Positions 12,619 through 27,600 of a DNA stretch of 64,000 bases are shown one piece after another. The stretch lies in the NCBI RefSeq assembly GCF_009914755.1, contig NC_060948.1. The stretch is one strand, 5' to 3'. The translations under genes and the position numbers were made by a program. The notes beneath the pieces are model-generated. The model made no database searches and was not told where the DNA came from. It worked only from the letters and a program-made list of their open reading frames with translations. The stretch's first letter is position 1. Every line of letters starts with the position of its first letter. Source of the stretch: the human T2T-CHM13v2.0 reference genome, Homo sapiens.

Positions 12619-15600
12619 TGCCCTTGAATTAAATGGACTGGAATGGAATGGACTCGAACAGAGTGGAATGGAAAGTGTTGAGATAGAATGCAATGGACTC
12701 CTTCGGAATGGTCTAGTATGCAATGCAATCGACTGGCAGGGAATCAAAAGGAATGTAATCAAATGGATTGGATTGGAATGCAGTGGACTCGAATAGATTG
12801 GAAACGGAATGCAAAGGAATGGAATGGAATAGTATGGAATGGAATGGAAAGGAATGGAGTGGAATAGACTAGAGTGGAATGGAATGGACTGGAAAGCAAT
12901 GGACTGGAATGGAACTTTCTTGAATGGACTGGAATCAAACGGAATGGAATGCAATGCAATCAAATGGCATGGAATAAAATAGAATGAAAGAGAATCAAAT
13001 GGAATTGAATCGAATGGAATCGAATGGATTGGAAAGGAATAGAATGGAATGGAATGGAATTGACTCAAATGGAATGGACTAGAATGGAATGGATTCGAAT
13101 GGAAGGCAAAGGAATGGAATCTATTGGAATGGACTGTAATGGAATGGAATGGAAGGGATTGGAATGGACTCGAATGGAATGGACTGCAATAGAAAGGATT
13201 CGAATGGAATGAAAAAGAATTGAATGGAATAGAACAGAATGGAATCAAATCGAATGAAATGGAATGGAATAGAAAGGAATGGAATGAAATGGAATGGAAA
13301 GGATTCGAATGGAATGCAATCGAATGGAATGGAATCGAACGGAATGGAATAAAATGGAAGAAAACTGTCAAGAAATGGAATCGAAATGAATGGAGTGTTA
13401 TGGAACGGACTCAAAAGGAATTGAATGTAATAGAATGGAGTGGAGTGGACTCGAATATAATGGACTGGAATGGAATGAAATCACATGGAATGGGAACGAA
13501 TGGAATGGAATGGAAAGGAATGGAATCGAATGGAAAGGAATCGAATGGAAGGGAATGAAATTGAATCAACAGGAATGGAAGGGAATAGAATAGACGGTAA
13601 TGGAATGGACTCGAATAGAATGGACACGAATGCTGAAATTGAATGGACTCGAATGGAATGGAAACGAAGGGAATGTCATCGAATGGAATTGAATCGATTC
13701 GAATGAAATCGCATAGAATGGAGTGGAATCAAATGGAATTGAATCGAAAGGAAAGGAAGCGAATGGACTGAAATGAAATGGAATGGAATTGAATGGAAAG
13801 TAATGCAATGGAATAGAATGGAACGAAATTTCACGGAATGGAATCAGACTGAATGGAATCAAATCAATGGAATCAAATCAAATGGAATGGAAAGGACTTG
13901 AATGGAGTAGATTGGATTGGATGGGATTGGAATGAAATGTACTGGAAAGGACTCGAATTTCATGAAACGGAATGGAATGAATTGGAACGGAACGGACTCG
14001 AATGGAATGGAATGTCATGGAATGGCATCAAATGGAATGGCATCAAATGGAATGGAATCGAATGCAATGGAATGCTATGGAATGGAATGGAATGCATTGG
14101 AATGGAATGTCCTCTAATGGAATGGATTCGAGTGGAATGGAATCGAATATAATGGAGTCGAATGAAATGGAATTGAAAGGAGTGGGATCGAATACAATGG
14201 AATATACTGGAATGTAATGTAATGAACTCGAATGTAATTGACTGGAATGGAATGTACATGAATGGAATGTAATCGAATGGAAAGTAATCCAATGGAATAG
14301 AATCTAATGCAATAAAACCGACTCAGATAGAGTAGAATGTAATGGAATGGAGTGCAGTGCAATGGAATGGAATGGAATGGAATGCAATGGAATGGAATGG
14401 AATGGAATGGAATGGAATGGAATGGAATGGAATGGGATGGAATGGTATGGAATGGATAGTAATGGACTGGAGTGAAATGGTCTGGAAAGGAATGGACTGA
14501 AATTGAAAGGGCTCGAAAGGAATGGAGTCAAATGGAATGGTCTGGAATGGAATGAACAGGAATGTAATGCAATCCAATAGAATGGAATCGAATGGCATGG
14601 AATATAAAGAAATGGAATCGAAGAGAATGGAAACAAATGGAATGGAATTGAATGGAATGGAATTGAATGGAATGGGAACGAATGGAGTGAAATTGTATGC
14701 AGTAGAAGGGAATAGAATGGAATGCAAGCGAAAGGAAAGGAATGGATTGGAATGGAATGGAATTCATTGGAATGGAAGGGAATGTAGTGTAATGGACAGG
14801 CCTGGAATAAAGTGGAATGCTACGGTCTCGAATGGAATAAAAATGTATGGAATGGAATGCAATGAAACGGAATCGAATGTCATAGAATGTAATGGAATGC
14901 AAAAAAATGGAATCCAAAATCATTGACTGGAAAGGCTGGGTGTCGAAAGGAATTGACTCCAATGGAATGGAATCGAATGGAATGGAAGTGAATAGAATCG
15001 AACTAAATCGAATGGAATGGAATTGATAGGAACGGAATGGAAAGGAATGCAATGATTTGGCATGGAATGGAATCGAATGGCATCGAATGGAATGGAATGG
15101 AATGCAATGGAATGGAATGTATTAGAATGTAATGAACTTTAATGGAATGTACTCGAATGGATTCGACTGGAATGGAATGTTCTGGAAGTGAATGGACTCC
15201 AATGGAATGGATTCAAAAGGAATGGAATCGTACGGAATGGAATCTAATGGAATGGAATTAAATGGAAATGAATCAAATTGAATAGCACGGAATTGAATTG
15301 AATGGAATGGAATGCAATGGAATCTAATGAAACGGAAAGGAAAGGAATGGAATGGAATGGAATGGGCTGGAATGGAAAGGAATCGAAACGAATGGAATGG
15401 AATCGAACTGAAGAGACTGGAATGGAATGCACTGGAATGGAAGGGAGTGTAATGGAAGGTTCTCGAAAAAAATGGAATGGAATGGAATGGAATTGAATGG
15501 AACGGAATAGAGTCGAATGGAATTGAATGGAATGGAATGGACTAGAGTGAAATGGAATCGAACCACAAGGAATGGACAGGAATAGAATGGTCTCGAATTG

Positions 15601-18600
15601 AATGGAATCGTATGGAATGGCATCAAACGGAATGGAATGGACAGCCACGGAATGGAATGCACTCGAATGCAATGGAGTCGAAACTAATGGACTGGAATAG
15701 AATGGACTCGACTGGTACGGACTCCAATGGAATGGAATCGAATGGAAGGGAACCGAACGGAATGGACTCGAAGGGAAAAGACTGCAATGGAAAGGTCTCG
15801 AATGGAATGGAAATTAATGGAATGGAATGGAATCGAATGAAATGGAGTCAAAAGGAATGGAATCGAATGGCAAGAAATCGAATGTAATGGAATCGCAAGG
15901 AATTGATGTGAACGGAACGGAATGGAATGGAATCCAAAAGAATGGAATAGAATGGAATGGAATCGAATGGAAAGGACTCGAATGGAAATCACTCGAATAG
16001 AATGCAATTTAATAAAATAGGATCAAATGTAATGGAATGGAATGGAAAGGAATCGAAACGAAAGGAATGGAGACAGATGGAATGGAATGGAACAGAGAGC
16101 AATGGTATAGAATGGAATGGAATCATCTGGAATGGAATTGAATGGAATGGAATAATATGAAATGGAATGGAATGGAATGGAATGCCCTTGAATTAAATGG
16201 ACTGGAATGGAATGGACTCGAACAGAGTGGAATGGAAAGTGTTGAGATAGAATGCAATGGACTCCTTCGGAATGGTCTAGTATGCAATGCAATCGACTGG
16301 CAGGGAATCAAAAGGAATGTAATCGAATGGATTGGACTGGAATGCAGTGGACTCGAATAGATTGGAAACGGAATGCAAAGGAATGGAATGGAATAGTATG
16401 GAATGGAATGGAAAGGAATGGAGTGGAATAGACTAGAGTGGAATGGAATGGACTGGAAAGCAATGGACTGGAATGGAACTTTCTTGAATGGACTGGAATC
16501 AAACGGAATGGAATGCAATGCAATCAAATGGCATGGAATAAAATAGAATGAAAGAGAATCAAATGGAATTGAATCGAATGGAATCGAATGGATTGGAAAG
16601 GAATAGAATGGAATGGAATGGAATTGACTCAAATGGAATGGACTAGAATGGAATGGATTCGAATGGAAGGCAAAGGAATGGAATCTATTGGAATGGACTG
16701 TAATGGAATGGAATGGAAGGGATTGGAATGGACTCGAATGGAATGGACTGCAATAGAAAGGATTCGAATGGAATGAAAAAGAATTGAACGGAATAGAACA
16801 GAATGGAATCAAATCGAATGAAATGGAATGGAATAGAAAGGAATGGAATGAAATGGAATGGAAAGGATTCGAATGGAATGCAATCGAATGGAATGGAATC
16901 GAACAGAATGGAATAAAATGGAAGAAAACTGGCAAGAAATGGAATCGAAATGAATGGAGTGTTATGGAACGGACTCAAAAGGAATTGAATGTAATAGAAT
17001 GGAGTGGAGTGGACTCGAATATAATGGACTGGAATGGAATGAAATCACATGGAATGGGAACGAATGGAATGGAATGGAAAGGAATGGAATCGAATGGAAA
17101 GGAATCGAATGGAAGGGAAGGAAATTGAATCAACAGGAATGGAAGGGAATAGAATAGACGGTAATGGAATGGACTCGAATAGAATGGACACGAATGCTCA
17201 AATTGAATGGACTCGAATGGAATGGAAACGAAAGGAATGTCATCGAATGGAATTGAATCGATTGGAATGAAATCGCATAGAATGGAGTGGAATCAAATGG
17301 AATTGAATCGAAAGGAAAGGAAGCGAATGGACTGAAATGAAATGGAATGGAATTGAATGGAAAGTAATGCAATGGAATAGAATGGAACGAAATTTCACGG
17401 AATGGAATCAAACTGAATGGAATCAAATCAATGGAATCAAATCAAATGGAATGGAAAGGAATTGAATGGAGTAGATTGGATTGGATGGGATTGGAATGAA
17501 ATGTACTGGAAAGGACTCGAATTTCATGAAACGGAATGGAATGAATTGGAACGGAATGGACTCGAATGGAATGGAATGTCATGGAATGGCATCAAATGGA
17601 ATGGCATCAAATGGAATGGAATCGAATGCAATGGAATGCTATGGAATGGAATGGAATGCATTGGAATGGAATGTCCTCTAATGGAATGGATTCGAGTGGA
17701 ATGGAATCGAATATAATGGAGTCGAATGAAATGGAATTGAAAGGAATGGGATCGAATACAATGGAATATACTGGAATGTAATGTAATGAACTCGAATGTA
17801 ATTGACTGGAATGGAATGTACATGAATGGAATGTAATCGAATGGAAAGTAATCCAATGGAATAGAATCTAATGCAATAAAATCGACTCAGATAGAGTAGA
17901 ATGTAATGGAATGGAGTGCAGTGCAATGGAATGGAATGGAATGGAATGCAATGGAATGGAATGGAATGGAATGGAATGGAATGGAATGGGATGGAATGGG
18001 ATGGAATGGTATGGAATGGATAGTAATGGACTGGAGTGAAATGGACTGGAAAGGAATGGACTGAAATTGAAAGGGCTCGAAAGGAATGGAGTCAAATGGA
18101 ATGGTCTGGAATGGAATGAACACGAATGTAATGCAATCCAATAGAATGGAATCGAATGGCATGGAATATAAAGAAATGGAATCGAAGAGAATGGAAACAA
18201 ATGGAATGGAATTGAATGGAATGGAATTGAATGGAATGGGAACGAATGGAGTGAAATTGTATGCAGTAGAAGGGAATAGAATGGAATGCAAGCGAAAGGA
18301 AAGGAATGGATTGGAATGGAATGGAATTCATTGGAATGGAAGGGAATGTAGTGTAATGGACAGGCCTGGAATAAAGTGGAATGCTACGGTCTCGAATGGA
18401 ATAAAAATGTATGGAATGGAATGCAATGAAACGGAATCGAATGTCATAGAATGTAATGGAATGCAAAAAAATGGAATCCAAAATCATTGACTGGAAAGGC
18501 TGGGTGTCGAAAGGAATTGACTCCAATGGTATGGAATCGAATGGAATGGAAGTGAATAGAATCGAACTAAATCGAATGGAATGGAATTGATAGGAACGGA

Positions 18601-21600
18601 ATGGAAAGGAATGCAATGAATTGGCATGGAATGGAATCGAATGGCATCGAATGGAATGGAATGGAATGCAATGGAATGGAATGTATTAGAATGTAATGAA
18701 CTTTAATGGAATGTACTCGAATGGATTCGACTGGAATGGAATGTTCTGGAAGTGAATGGACTCCAATGGAATGGATTCAAAAGGAATGGAATCGTACGGA
18801 ATGGAATCTAATGGAATGGAATTAAATGGAAATGAATCAAATTGAATAGCACGGAATTGAATTGAATGGAATGGAATGCAATGGAATCTAATGAAACGGA
18901 AAGGAAAGGAATGGAATGGAATGGAATGGGATGGAATGGAAAGGAATCGAAACGAATGGAATGGAATCGAACTGAAGAGACTGGAATGGAATGCACTGGA
19001 ATGGAAGGGAGTGTAATGGAAGGTTCTCGAAAAAAATGGAATCGAATGGAATGGAATTGAATGGAACGGAATAGAGTCGAATGGAATTGAATGGAATGGA
19101 ATGGACTAGAGTGAAATGGAATCGAACCACAAGGAATGGACAGGAATAGAATGGTCTCGAATTGAATGGAATCGTATGGAATGGCATCAAACGGAATGGA
19201 ATGGACAGCCACGGAATGGAATGCACTCGAATGCAATGGAGTCGAAACTAATGGACTGGAATAGAATGGACTCGACTGGTACGGACTCCAATGGAATGGA
19301 ATCGAATGGAAGGGAATCGAACGGAATGGACTCGAAGGGAAAAGACTGCAATGGAAAGGTCTCGAATGGAATGGAAATTAATGGAATGGAATGGAATCGA
19401 ATGAAATGGAGTCAAAAGGAATGGAATGGAATGGCAAGAAGTCGAATGTAATGGAATCGCAAGGAATTGATGTGAACGGAACGGAATGGAATGGAATCCA
19501 AAGGAATGGAATAGAATGGAATGGAATCGAATGGAAAGGACTCGAATGGAAATCACTCGAATAGAATGCAATTTAATAAAATAGGATCAAATGTAATGGA
19601 ATGGAATGGAAAGGAATCGAAACGAAAGGAATGGAGACAGATGGAATGGAATGGAACAGACAGCAATGGTATAGAATGGAATGGAATCATCTGGAATGGA
19701 ATTGAATGGAATGGAATAATATGAAATGGAATGGAATGGAATGGAATGGAATGCCCTTGAATTAAATGGACTGGAATGGAATGGACTCGAGCAGAGTGGA
19801 ATGGAAAGTGTTGAGATAGAATGGAATGGACTCCTTTGGAATGGTGTAGTATGCAATGCAATCGACTGGCAGGGAATCAAAAGGAATGTAATCGAATGGA
19901 TTGGACTGGAATGCAATGGACTCGAATAGATTGGAAACGGAATGCAAAGGAATGGAATGGAATAGTATGGAATGGAATGGAAAGGAATGGAGTGGAATAG
20001 ACTAGAGTGGAATGGAATGGACTGGAAAGCAATGGACTGGAATGGAATTTTCTTGAATGGACTGGAATCAAACGGAATGGAATGCAATGCAATCAAATGG
20101 CATGGAATAAAATAGAATGAAAGAGAATCAAATGGAATTGAATCGAATGGAATCGAATGCATTGGAAAGGAATACAATGGAATGGAATGGAATGGACTAG
20201 AATGGAATGGATTCGAATGGAAGGCAAAGGAATGGAATCTATTGGAATGGACTGTAATGGAATGGAATGGAAGGGATTGGAATGGACTCGAATGGAATGG
20301 ACTGCAATAGAAAGGATTCGAATGGAATGAAAAAGAATTGAATGGAATAGAACAGAATGGAATCAAATCGAATGAAATGGAATGGAATAGAAAGGAATGG
20401 AATGAAATGGAATGGAAAGGATTCGAATGGAATGCAATCGAATGGAATGGAATCGAACGGAATGGAATAAAATGGAAGAAAACTGGCAAGAAATGGAATC
20501 GAAATGAATGGAGTGTTATGGAACGGACTCAAAAGGAATTGAATGTAATAGAATGGAGTGGAGTGGACTCGAATATAATGGACTGGAATGGAATGAAATC
20601 ACATGGAATGGGAACGAATGGAATGGAATGGAAAGGAATGGAATCGAATGGAAAGGAATCGAACGGAAGGGAATGAAATTGAATCAACAGGAATGGAAGG
20701 GAGTAGAATAGACGGTAATGGAATGGACTCGAATAGAATGGATACGAATGCTGAAATCGAATGGACTCGAATGGAATGGAAACGAAAGGAATGTCATCGA
20801 ATGGAATTGAATCGATTGGAATGAAATCGCATAGAATGGAGTGGAATCAAATGGAATTGAATCGAAAGGAAAGGAAGCGAATGGACTGAAATGAAATGGA
20901 ATGGAATTGAATGGAAAGTAATGCAATGGAATAGAATGGAACGAAATTTCACGGAATGGAATCAAACTGAATGGAATCAAATCAATGGAATCAAATCAAA
21001 TGGAATGGAAAGGAATTGAATGGAGTAGATTGGATTGGATGGGATTGGAATGAAATGTACTGGAAAGGACTCGAATTTCATGAAACGGAATGGAATGAAT
21101 TGGAACGGAATGGACTCGAATGGAATGGAATGTCATGGAATGGCATCAAATGGAATGGCATCAAATGGAATGGAATCGAATGCAATGGAATGCTATGGAA
21201 TGGAATGGAATGCATTGGAATGGAATGTCCTCTAATGGAATGGATTCGAGTGGAATGGAATCGAATATAATGGAGTCGAATGAAATGGAATTGAAAGGAA
21301 TGGGATCGAATACAATGGAATATACTGGAATGTAATGTAATGAACTCGAATGTAATTGACTGGAATGGAATGTACATGAATGGAATGTAATCGAATGGAA
21401 AGTAATCCAATGGAATAGAATCTAATGCAATAAAATCGACTCAGATAGAGTAGAATGTAATGGAATGGAGTGCAGTGCAATGGAATGGAATGGAATGGAA
21501 TGCAATGGAATGGAATGGAATGGAATGGAATGGAATGGAATGGAATGGAATGGGATGGAATGGGATGGAATGGTATGGAATGGATAGTAATGGACTGGAG

Positions 21601-24600
21601 TGAAATGGACTGGAAAGGAATGGACTCAAATTGAAAGGGCTCGAAAGGAATGGAGTCAAATGGAATGGTCTGGAATGGAATGAACACGAATGTAATGCAA
21701 TCCAATAGAATGGAATCGAATGGCATGGAATATAAAGAAATGGAATCGAAGAGAATGGAAACAAATGGAATGGAATTGAATGGAATGGAATTGAATGGAA
21801 TGGGAACGAATGGAGTGAAATTGTATGCAGTAGAAGGGAATAGAATGGAATGCAAGCGAAAGGAAAGGAATGGATTGGAATGGAATGGAATTCATTGGAA
21901 TGGAAGGGAATGTAGTGTAATGGACAGGCCTGGAATAAAGTGGAATGCTACGGTCTCGAATGGAATAAAAATGTATGGAATGGAATGCAATGAAACGGAA
22001 TCGAATGTCATAGAATGTAATGGAATGCAAAAAAATGGAATCCAAAATCATTGACTGGAAAGGCTGGGTGTCGAAAGGAATTGACTCCAATGGTATGGAA
22101 TCGAATGGAATGGAAGTGAATAGAATCGAACTAAATCGAATGGAATGGAATTGATAGGAACGGAATGGAAAGGAATGCAATGAATTGGCATGGAATGGAA
22201 TCGAATGGCATCGAATGGAATGGAATGGAATGCAATGGAATGGAATGTATTAGAATGTAATGAACTTTAATGGAATGTACTCGAATGGATTCGACTGGAA
22301 TGGAATGTTCTGGAAGTGAATGGACTCCAATGGAATGGATTCAAAAGGAATGGAATCGTACGGAATGGAATCTAATGGAATGGAATTAAATGGAAATGAA
22401 TCAAATTGAATAGCACGGAATTGAATTGAATGGAATGGAATGCAATGGAATCTAATGAAACGGAAAGGAAAGGAATGGAATGGAATGGAATGGGATGGAA
22501 TGGAAAGGAATCGAAACGAATGGAATGGAATCGAACTGAAGAGACTGGAATGGAATGCACTGGAATGGAAGGGAGTGTAATGGAAGGTTCTCGAAAAAAA
22601 TGGAATGGAATGGAATGGAATTGAATGGAACGGAATAGAGTCTAATGGAATTGAATGGAATGGAATGGACTAGAGTGAAATGGAATCGAACCACAAGGAA
22701 TGGACAGGAATAGAATGGTCTCGAATTGAATGGAATCGTATGGAATGGCATCAAACGGAATGGAATGGACAGCCACGGAATGGAATGCACTCGAATGCAA
22801 TGGAGTCGAAACTAATGGACTGGAATAGTATGGACTCGACTGGTACGGACTCCAATGGAATGGAATCGAATGGAAGGGAATCGAACGGAATGGACTCGAA
22901 GGGAAAAACTGCAATGGAAAGGTCTCGAATGGAATGGAAATTAATGGAATGGAATGGAATCGAATGAAATGGAGTCAAAAGGAATGGAATGGAATGGCAA
23001 GAAATCGAATGTAATGGAATCGCAAGGAATTGATGTGAACGGAACGGAATGGAATGGAATCCAAAGGAATGGAATAGAATGGAATGGAATCGAATGGAAA
23101 GGACTCGAATGGAAATCACTCGAATAGAATGCAATTTAATAAAATAGGATCAAATGTAATGGAATGGAATGGAAAGGAATCGAAACGAAAGGAATGGAGA
23201 CAGATGGAATGGAATGGAACAGACAGCAATGGTATAGAATGGAATGGAATCATCTGGAATGGAATTGAATGGAATGGAATAATATGAAATGGAATGGAAT
23301 GGAATGGAATGGAATGCCCTTGAATTAAATGGACTGGAATGGAATGGACTCGAGCAGAGTGGAATGGAAAGTGTTGAGATAGAATGGAATGGACTCCTTT
23401 GGAATGGTGTAGTATGCAATGCAATCGACTGGCAGGGAATCAAAAGGAATGTAATCGAATGGATTGGACTGGAATGCAATGGACTCGAATAGATTGGAAA
23501 CGGAATGCAAAGGAATGGAATGGAATAGTATGGAATGGAATGGAAAGGAATGGAGTGGAATAGACTAGAGTGGAATGGAATGGACTGGAAAGCAATGGAC
23601 TGGAATGGAACTTTCTTGAATGGACTGGAATCAAACGGAATGGAATGCAATGCAATCAAATGGCATGGAATAAAATAGAATGAAAGAGAATCAAATGGAA
23701 TTGAATCGAATGGAATCGAATGCATTGGAAAGGAATACAATGGAATGGAATGGAATGGACTAGAATGGAATGGATTCGAATGGAAGGCAAAGGAATGGAA
23801 TCTATTGGAATGGACTGTAATGGAATGGAATGGAAGGGATTGGAATGGACTCGAATGGAATGGACTGCAATAGAAAGGATTCGAATGGAATGAAAAAGAA
23901 TTGAATGGAATAGAACAGAATGGAATCAAATCGAATGAAATGGAATGGAATAGAAAGGAATGGAATGAAATGGAATGGAAAGGATTCGAATGGAATGCAA
24001 TCGAATGGAATGGAATCGAACGGAATGGAATAAAATGGAAGAAAACTGGCAAGAAATGGAATCGAAATGAATGGAGTGTTATGGAACGGACTCAAAAGGA
24101 ATTGAATGTAATAGAATGGAGTGGAGTGGACTCGAATATAATGGACTGGAATGGAATGAAATCACATGGAATGGGAACGAATGGAATGGAATGGAAAGGA
24201 ATGGAATCGAATGGAAAGGAATCGAACGGAAGGGAATGAAATTGAATCAACAGGAATGGAAGGGAATAGAATAGACGGTAATGGAATGGACTCGAATAGA
24301 ATGGATACGAATGCTGAAATCGAATGGACTCGAATGGAATGGAAACGAAAGGAATGTCATCGAATGGAATTGAATCGATTGGAATGAAATCGCATAGAAT
24401 GGAGTGGAATCAAATGGAATTGAATCGAAAGGAAAGGAAGCGAATGGACTGAAATGAAATGGAATGGAATTGAATGGAAAGTAATGCAATGGAATAGAAT
24501 GGAACGAAATTTCACGGAATGGAATCAAACTGAATGGAATCAAATCAATGGAATCAAATCAAATGGAATGGAAAGGAATTGAATGGAGTAGATTGGATTG

Positions 24601-27600
24601 GATGGGATTGGAATGAAATGTACTGGAAAGGACTCGAATTTCATGAAACGGAATGGAATGAATTGGAACGGAATGGACTCGAATGGAATGGAATGTCATG
24701 GAATGGCATCAAATGGAATGGTATCAAATGGAATGGAATCGAATGCAATGGAATGCTATGGAATGGAATGGAATGCATTGGAATGGAATGTCCTCTAATG
24801 GAATGGATTCGAGTGGAATGGAATCGAATATAATGGAGTCGAATGAAATGGAATTGAAAGGAATGGGATCGAATACAATGGAATATACTGGAATGTAATG
24901 TAATGAACTCGAATGTAATTGACTGGAATGGAATGTACATGAATGGAATGTAATCGAATGGAAAGTAATCCAATGGAATAGAATCTAATGCAATAAAATC
25001 GACTCAGATAGAGTAGAATGTAATGGAATGGAGTGTAGTGCAATGGAATGGAATGGAATGGAATGCAATTGAATGGAATGGAATGGAATGGGATGGAATG
25101 GTATGGAATGGATAGTAATGGACTGGAGTGAAATGGACTGGAAAGGAATGGACTCAAATTGAAAGGGCTCGAAAGGAATGGAGTCAAATGGAATGGTCTG
25201 GAATGGAATGAACACGAATGTAATGCAATCCAATAGAATGGAATCGAATGGCATGGAATATAAAGAAATGGAATCGAAGAGAATGGAAACAAATGGAATG
25301 GAATTGAATGGAATGGAATTGAATGGAATGCGAACGAATGGAGTGAAATTGTATGCAGTAGAAGGGAATAGAATGGAATGCAAGCGAAAGGAAAGGAATG
25401 GATTGGAATGGAATGGAATTCATTGGAATGGAAGGGAATGTAGTGTAATGGACAGGCCTGGAATAAAGTGGAATGCTACTGTCTCGAATGGAATAAAAAT
25501 GTATGGAATGGAATGCAATGAAACGGAATCGAATGTCATAGAATGTAATGGAATGCAAAAAACTGGAATCCAAAATCATTGACTGGAAAGGCTGGGTGTC
25601 GAAAGGAATTGACTCCAATGGAATGGAATCGAATGGAATGGAAGTGAATAGAATCGAACTAAATCGAATGGAATGGAATTGATAGGAACGGAATGGAAAG
25701 GAATGCAATGATTTGGCATGGAATGGAATCGAATGGCATCGAATGGAATGGAATGGAATGCAATGGAATGGAATGTATTAGAATGTAATGAACTTTAATG
25801 GAATGTACTCGAATGGATTCGACTGGAATGGAATGTTCTGGAAGTGAATGGACTCCAATGGAATGGATTCAAAAGGAATGGAATCGTACGGAATGGAATC
25901 TAATGGAATGGAATTAAATGGAAATGAATCAAATTGAATAGCACGGAATTGAATTGAATGGAATGGAATGCAATGGAATCTAATGAAACGGAAAGGAAAG
26001 GAATGGAATGGAATGGAATGGGCTGGAATGGAAAGGAATCGAAACGAATGGAATGGAATCGAACTGAAGAGACTGGAATGGAATGCACTGGAATGGAAGG
26101 GAGTGTAATGGAAGGTTCTCGAAAAAAATGGAATGGAATGGAATGGAATTGAATGGAACGGAATAGAGTCGAATGGAATTGAATGGAATGGAATGGACTA
26201 GAGTGAAATGGAATCGAACCACAAGGAATGGACAGGAATAGAATGGTCTCGAATTGAATGGAATCGTATGGAATGGCATCAAACGGAATGGAATGGACAG
26301 CCACGGAATGGAATGCACTCGAATGCAATGGAGTCGAAACTAATGGACTGGAATAGAATGGACTCGACTGGTACGGACTCCAATGGAATGGAATCGAATG
26401 GAAGGGAATCGAACGGAATGGACTCGAAGGGAAAAGACTGCAATGGAAAGGTCTCGAATGGAATGGAAATTAATGGAATGGAATGGAATCGAATGAAATG
26501 GAGTCAAAAGGAATGGAATCGAATGGCAAGAAATCGAATGTAATGGAATCGCAAGGAATTGATGTGAACGGAACGGAATGGAATGGAATCCAAAGGAATG
26601 GAATAGAATGGAATGGAATCGAATAGAAAGGACTCGAATGGAAATCACTCGAATAGAATGCAATTTAATAAAATAGGATCAAATGTAATGGAATGGAATG
26701 GAAAGGAATCGAAACGAAAGGAATGGAGACAGATGGAATGGAATGGAACAGAGAGCAATGGTATAGAATGGAATGGAATCATCTGGAATGGAATTGAATG
26801 GAATGGAATAATATGAAATGGAATGGAATGGAATGGAATGGAATGTCCTTGAATTAAATGGACTGGAATGGAATGGACTCGAACAGAGTGGAATGGAAAG
26901 TGTTGAGATAGAATGCAATGGACTCCTTTGGAATGGTGTAGTATGCAATGCAATCGACTGGCAGGGAATCAAAAGGAATGTAATGGAATGGATTGGACTG
27001 GAATGCAATGGACTCGAATAGATTGGAAACGGAATGCAAAGGAATGGAATGGAATAGTATGGAATGGAATGGAAAGGAATGGAGTGGAATAGACTAGAGT
27101 GGAATGGAATGGACTGGAAAGCAATGGACTGGAATGGAACTTTCTTGAATGGACTGGAATCAAACGGAATGGAATGCAATGCAATCAAATGGCATGGAAT
27201 AAAATAGAATGAAAGAGAATCAAATGGAATTGAATCGAATGGAATCGAATGGATTGGAAAGGAATAGAATGGAATGGAATGGAATTGACTCAAATGGAAT
27301 GGACTAGAATGGAATGGATTCGAATGGAAGGCAAAGGAATGGAATCTATTGGAATGGACTGTAATGGAATGGAATGGAAGGGATTGGAATGGACTCGAAT
27401 GGAATGGACTGCAATAGAAAGGATTCGAATGGAATGAAAAAGAATTGAATGGAATAGAACAGAATGGAATCAAATCGAATGAAATGGAATGGAATAGAAA
27501 GGAATGGAATGAAATGGAATGGAAAGGATTCGAATGGAATGCAATCGAATGGAATGGAATTGAACGGAATGGAATAAAATGGAAGAAAACTGGCAAGAAA

